From Candidatus Aminicenantales bacterium (GTDB lineage Bacteria; Acidobacteriota; Aminicenantia; Aminicenantales; Saccharicenantaceae), in contig JBEKXF010000016.1 of NCBI GenBank assembly GCA_049512315.1, positions 50,551 to 70,550 on the forward strand: a stretch of DNA of 20,000 nucleotides, read 5' to 3'. Shown here piece by piece: positions 17,411 to 20,000 of this stretch; position 1 is the first letter of the stretch, and each line of letters begins with the position of its first letter. The notes under the pieces were generated by a model. That model searched no databases. It worked only from the letters and a program-made list of their open reading frames with translations, and had not been told where the DNA came from. A program made the position numbers and the translations under genes.

Positions 17411-17637
17411 ACTCCCCTCCCTCCTCGACCGCCGGCAAAATCCGGCTCGAAAAGACTAACAACAATGACTCACAAAATAATTTTCTAACATACGAAGCGA
17501 TGATGACCGCTAGTATTTTTCTCACGACGAACTCTCCTTGCGGCAGAGAATACCGATATTCCTATGCATTATAGAGGGTCTGGCCCTGGCCTACCAGGGG
17601 CGGGGACCGAAGGGACGACGAGACCCGATCTCTCGAC

Positions 17638-17985
17638 CTAGGACGCGGACTTCTCTAAATACTCCTTCAAGGCGACCGCGTTGTTGTATTTCGTTTCCTT
17701 GGCCCCGTAGACGAGCGTCACCGTCCCGCGCTTGGCCTCCGCGAGAAGACCGACGACCTCCTTCCGACCCTTCAATTCCCTAAAGTCACGCCGCTTGAAT
17801 TCGCCCCATTTGTCAGGTTCGTGCCCGAACCATTTTCTCAGGCCGGTCGTGGGCGAGACCTCCTTCGTCCAGAGGTCGATCTTGGCCTTGTCCTTGGTCA
17901 GACCGCGCGGCCAGAGCCTGTCCACCAGCACCCGAAGCCCGTCGCCGGCTTTGGGCTCATCGTACGCCCTCTTGATCTTGATCAT
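17638..17985 (-). CDS. DUF488 (YeaO-like) protein
   Basis: IKIKRAYD..DGLRVLVDRLWPRG..K..IDLW.KEVSP..LRKWFGH...VTLVYGAKE..NNAVALKEYL, GAGGAG SD. Confidence 0.9.
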   Translation of the reverse strand: MIKIKRAYDEPKAGDGLRVLVDRLWPRGLTKDKAKIDLWTKEVSPTTGLRKWFGHEPDKWGEFKRRDFRELKGRKEVVGLLAEAKRGTVTLVYGAKETKYNNAVALKEYLEKSAS

Positions 17986-17997
17986 GGCGCCGTCTCC

Positions 17998-18237
17998 TCA
18001 ACCGATGTCCAGAGTCCCGATCTCGGGGATGCGTTCGAGAACTTCCGATCCATGGGGCGCCATGGATTCCAGGTCCGCTGTCAGGTCCTTTCCGGCCTGA
18101 TGCAGCCCTTGATGATCGCCGTTCGCCCAGAGGGAGCTCTTGGTGACGTCGTAGACCCTTCCTTTGTAGGCGACGAAGGCGGGCGCCCCGTTCTCCCCGT
18201 TGTTCTTAGCCAGGTCATCTTTGCCGAAAGTTCTCAT
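17998..18237 (-). CDS. Cytochrome b5-like heme/steroid-binding domain protein
   Basis: LAKNNGENG..AFVAYKGRVYDVT.S.LW.NG.H...H.AGKDLT...APHG. The start overlaps the ferredoxin stop (TGATG coupling). Confidence 0.88.
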   Translation of the reverse strand: MRTFGKDDLAKNNGENGAPAFVAYKGRVYDVTKSSLWANGDHQGLHQAGKDLTADLESMAPHGSEVLERIPEIGTLDIG

Positions 18238-18473
18238 CAGATGAGTTTCTCCCCTTCATTGAAGACGTGAATGCAGGTCACCGGACAGCTTTCGGCGGCC
18301 GCGATGTTGCATTTCACGTCGTTCATTTCCAGCTCTTCGTTCTCGCCGACCCCGGTCGAGTCGATGAGATGAGAGAGTCCGTCGCCGGCCATCTCCCAAA
18401 ATTCGGGACAGATGGCGACGCAATTCTCGCAGGCGATGCACAGGGGTCTTTCGATCTCGACCTTGTAACTCAT
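18237..18473 (-). CDS. Small single-cluster ferredoxin (78 aa)
   Basis: CIACENCVAICPE ... AAAESCPVTCIHV, start MSYKV at 18473. Confidence 0.88.
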   Translation of the reverse strand: MSYKVEIERPLCIACENCVAICPEFWEMAGDGLSHLIDSTGVGENEELEMNDVKCNIAAAESCPVTCIHVFNEGEKLI

Positions 18474-18632
18474 TGCAAGGCCATAGAGAAGCATCCGGCA
18501 TGCGCGGCGCCGAGAAGCTCCTCGGGATTCGTCCCCGGCCCCTGCTCGAACCGGGAGGCGAACGAGTACGGGCCCTCGTAGGCCCCCCGGCCCACTTTCA
18601 TGCGGCCCCGTCCGTCCTTGAGCGAGCCTTCC
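18474..18632 (-). pseudogene. osmC: Internal fragment of an OsmC-family peroxiredoxin gene
   Basis: EGSLKDGRG...YSFASRFEQGPGTNPEELLGAAHAGCFSMAL matches the OsmC signature. The N-terminus is replaced by the oriIS-like motif and the C-terminus is cut at the ferredoxin start. Confidence 0.85.
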
Positions 18633-18637
18633 GATTG

Positions 18638-18993
18638 ATAGGAATTTCCTTTTTTAGCGTAGCACGGAATCCCCCGCTTCAGCTTCTGAATCAACCCGTT
18701 CCCCACACAAAATAAGGGTATCCCGGCCCCGGCCATGCGTCAAGAACTCAAGATCCAGGGGGCCGGAGCTCTTCCTCGATCATCCCCAGGGCGACGGGAA
18801 CACGGCCCGCCTTCCTGACTTTCCCCCGGTGCGAGTTGGCATAGAACCCGTAATACCGGACCATGACCTGGCCCTTGTCGGGGATGTGGGAAGTGACCCG
18901 GGCGACCTGCCTACCGGCAGGCAGGTGAACTCCAGATGATCCCTCGTCTCCAGCTCGGCCGCCTCACGGCCCCAGCGATAGACCGCGGCCTCC
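18638..18993 (-). mobile_element. IS91-family (rolling-circle, HUH/Y2) transposase remnant with oriIS-like end
   Basis: Minus strand AVYRWGREAAELETRDHLEF[I]ARVTSHIPDKGQVMVRYYGFYANSHRGKVRK (18748-18993) has the H-I-P..VRYYG(F/L)YAN motif of IS91 transposases. It is followed by AAAAAAGGAAATTCCTAT at 18655-18638. Confidence 0.8.
18906..18925. repeat. 20-bp palindromic mini-element CCTGCCTACCGGCAGGCAGG inserted in the transposase remnant
   Basis: Near-perfect palindrome. Its exact removal restores TTC-ATC-GCC (F-I-A) and the reading frame. Confidence 0.8.
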
Positions 18994-19005
18994 CATCACA
19001 AAATG

Positions 19006-19035
19006 ATGTTATTCCCTGCCGTGAATCAATGTCAA
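19006..19035 (-). promoter_or_regulatory. Putative sigma70 promoter just beyond the RRM2 terminator
   Basis: Minus strand TTGACA (19035-19030), 18 nt spacer, TAACAT (19011-19006), in the same position relative to the hairpin as the promoter at 621-650. Confidence 0.5.
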
Positions 19036-19048
19036 ACTCCGTGAAAAT

Positions 19049-19086
19049 AAAAAAGGGCGGACTGCCCAACCCGGGCATCCGCCCTT
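19049..19086 (-). terminator. Intrinsic terminator of RRM gene 2 (repeat copy F), possibly also ending the rrn transcript
   Basis: Minus strand AAGGGCGGATGCCCGGGTTGGGCAGTCCGCCC followed by TTTTTTATTTT. Confidence 0.85.
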
Positions 19087-19125
19087 ACTTGCGAATAAAG
19101 GTTGACCGCTAAATCAGATCAGCGA

Positions 19126-19440
19126 TCAGAACCGGCCGCGGCCGCCGCCGAAGCCACCCCTGCCGCCGGCGCTGCCGCCGCTCGTCCGGGGACGATCGGT
19201 GCGGGGCCGGGCTTCGTTGACCGTCAGGCTGCGACCCTTGAGGTCCTTGCCGTTCAGTCCGGAGATGGCCTTATCGGCCTCTTCCTTGTTCGGCATCTCA
19301 ACGAAGCCGAAGCCGCGCGACTCACCAGAGAACTTGTCCTTGATGATGGACGCGGTCTGAACCGCCCCGAAGGCCTCGAAGGCTTCCTTGAGGTCCTGCT
19401 CGGTAGCGGTCCGGGAAATGTTTCCAACGTAGATGTTCAT
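19126..19440 (-). CDS. RNA-binding protein, single RRM plus Gly/Arg-rich tail (104 aa), paralog 2
   Basis: MNIYVGNISR (RNP2) ... RGFGFVEM (RNP1) ... GGRGGFGGGRGRF. ATG at 19440 with AAGGAG SD. The ORF-track extension runs through the 5S rRNA and is spurious. Confidence 0.95.
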   Translation of the reverse strand: MNIYVGNISRTATEQDLKEAFEAFGAVQTASIIKDKFSGESRGFGFVEMPNKEEADKAISGLNGKDLKGRSLTVNEARPRTDRPRTSGGSAGGRGGFGGGRGRF

Positions 19441-19531
19441 ACATCTCTCCTTATAGATTTTGCTCCGTAATAAAGGAGAGGAGTATGACCGACCGACTGA
19501 TGGGGCCCGTGCCCCTCCGACCTTTATCCGA
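19438..19531 (-). promoter_or_regulatory. Conserved structured 5' leader of RRM gene 2
   Basis: 19473-19487 is a 13/15 inverted repeat of SD+ATG (19438-19452). Hairpin GGGGC/GCCCC at 19502-19515 and box ACCTTTATCCGA at 19520-19531. Confidence 0.7.
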
Positions 19532-19554
19532 TGAGCTTTTAAGTAACAAAATAA

Positions 19555-19672
<118 letters not shown>

Positions 19673-19705
19673 TTCTTATGCGTTTTTTTGTCTTGATAAA
19701 CTTTA

Positions 19706-20000
19706 TGGTCAAGCCTCACGGTCTATTAGTACTGGTTAGCTCAATCCATCACTGGACTTACACACCCAGCCTATCAAACAGGTAGTCTACCTGTGACCTT
19801 TAGCCCTTGCGGGAGGGAGATCTTATCTCGGGGCGTGCTTCCCGCTTATATGCTTTCAGCGGTTATCACTTCCAAACGTGGCTACCCAGCGCTGCGCCTG
19901 GCGGCACAACTGGTACACTAGAGGTTCGTTCACCCAGGTCCTTTCGTACTATGGGCAACCCCCCTCAAATCTCCTGCGCCTACCGTGGATAGGGACCGAA
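19706..20000 (-). rRNA. rrl: 23S rRNA, 3' end (partial)
   Basis: Reverse complement contains the sarcin-ricin loop AGTACGAAAGGACC, GATAACCGCTGAAAGCATATAAG and the terminal GGCTTGACCA. Confidence 0.97.

Noticed and set aside
17406..17422. GGAGGGAGGGGAGTATGAA before the flavoprotein resembles the RRM start context
   Set aside because: Short and purine-rich, so explainable as an ordinary strong SD. No anti-SD or box elements nearby.
17555..17567. Plus-strand GATATTCCTATGC as another oriIS-like end
   Set aside because: Only an 8-nt core match, opposite orientation, and without the A-tract/GGAA context. It does lie near a GC transition, so it is not fully excluded.
665..19086. Repeated hairpins as a CRISPR array or integron attC sites
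   Set aside because: Spacing is kilobases and irregular, there are no cas or intI genes, I see no RYYYAAC/GTTRRRY boxes bounding the hairpin, and the repeat derives from the RRM 3' end.

Overview
High-GC bacterial window that ends in the 3' end of a minus-strand rRNA operon (23S 3' end plus 5S). An RRM/Gly-rich RNA-binding protein gene (19126-19440) lies directly downstream of the 5S. A close paralog (742-1041) lies about 18.4 kb further on in the same orientation. Between them is a mosaic of unrelated modules: a two-subunit M16 peptidase operon, a frameshifted hypothetical gene, a DrrAB-like ABC-2 exporter, a ~2.9-kaa cyclic beta-1,2-glucan synthase (NdvB/Cgs), an AT-rich flavoprotein + DUF2769-like pair, a ferredoxin/cytochrome-b5-like/DUF488 trio, an OsmC fragment and an IS91-family transposase remnant. 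A partial MBL-fold hydrolase gene sits at the left edge. The main observations are: (1) module boundaries are repeatedly marked by pieces of the RRM gene 3' end, its terminator hairpin and a flanking AAAAAGGAAATTCCTAT (IS91 oriIS-like) motif, which suggests an integrase-free gene-capture hotspot; (2) both RRM genes share a leader that can pair over the SD and AUG or fold into an alternative stem, a candidate RNA switch; (3) the downstream RRM gene seems to be appended to the rRNA operon; (4) a 20-bp palindromic mini-element is inserted cleanly into the transposase remnant; (5) several conserved motifs of the Cgs GH94 phosphorylase domain carry substitutions. All family assignments come from motif recognition, not database searches.
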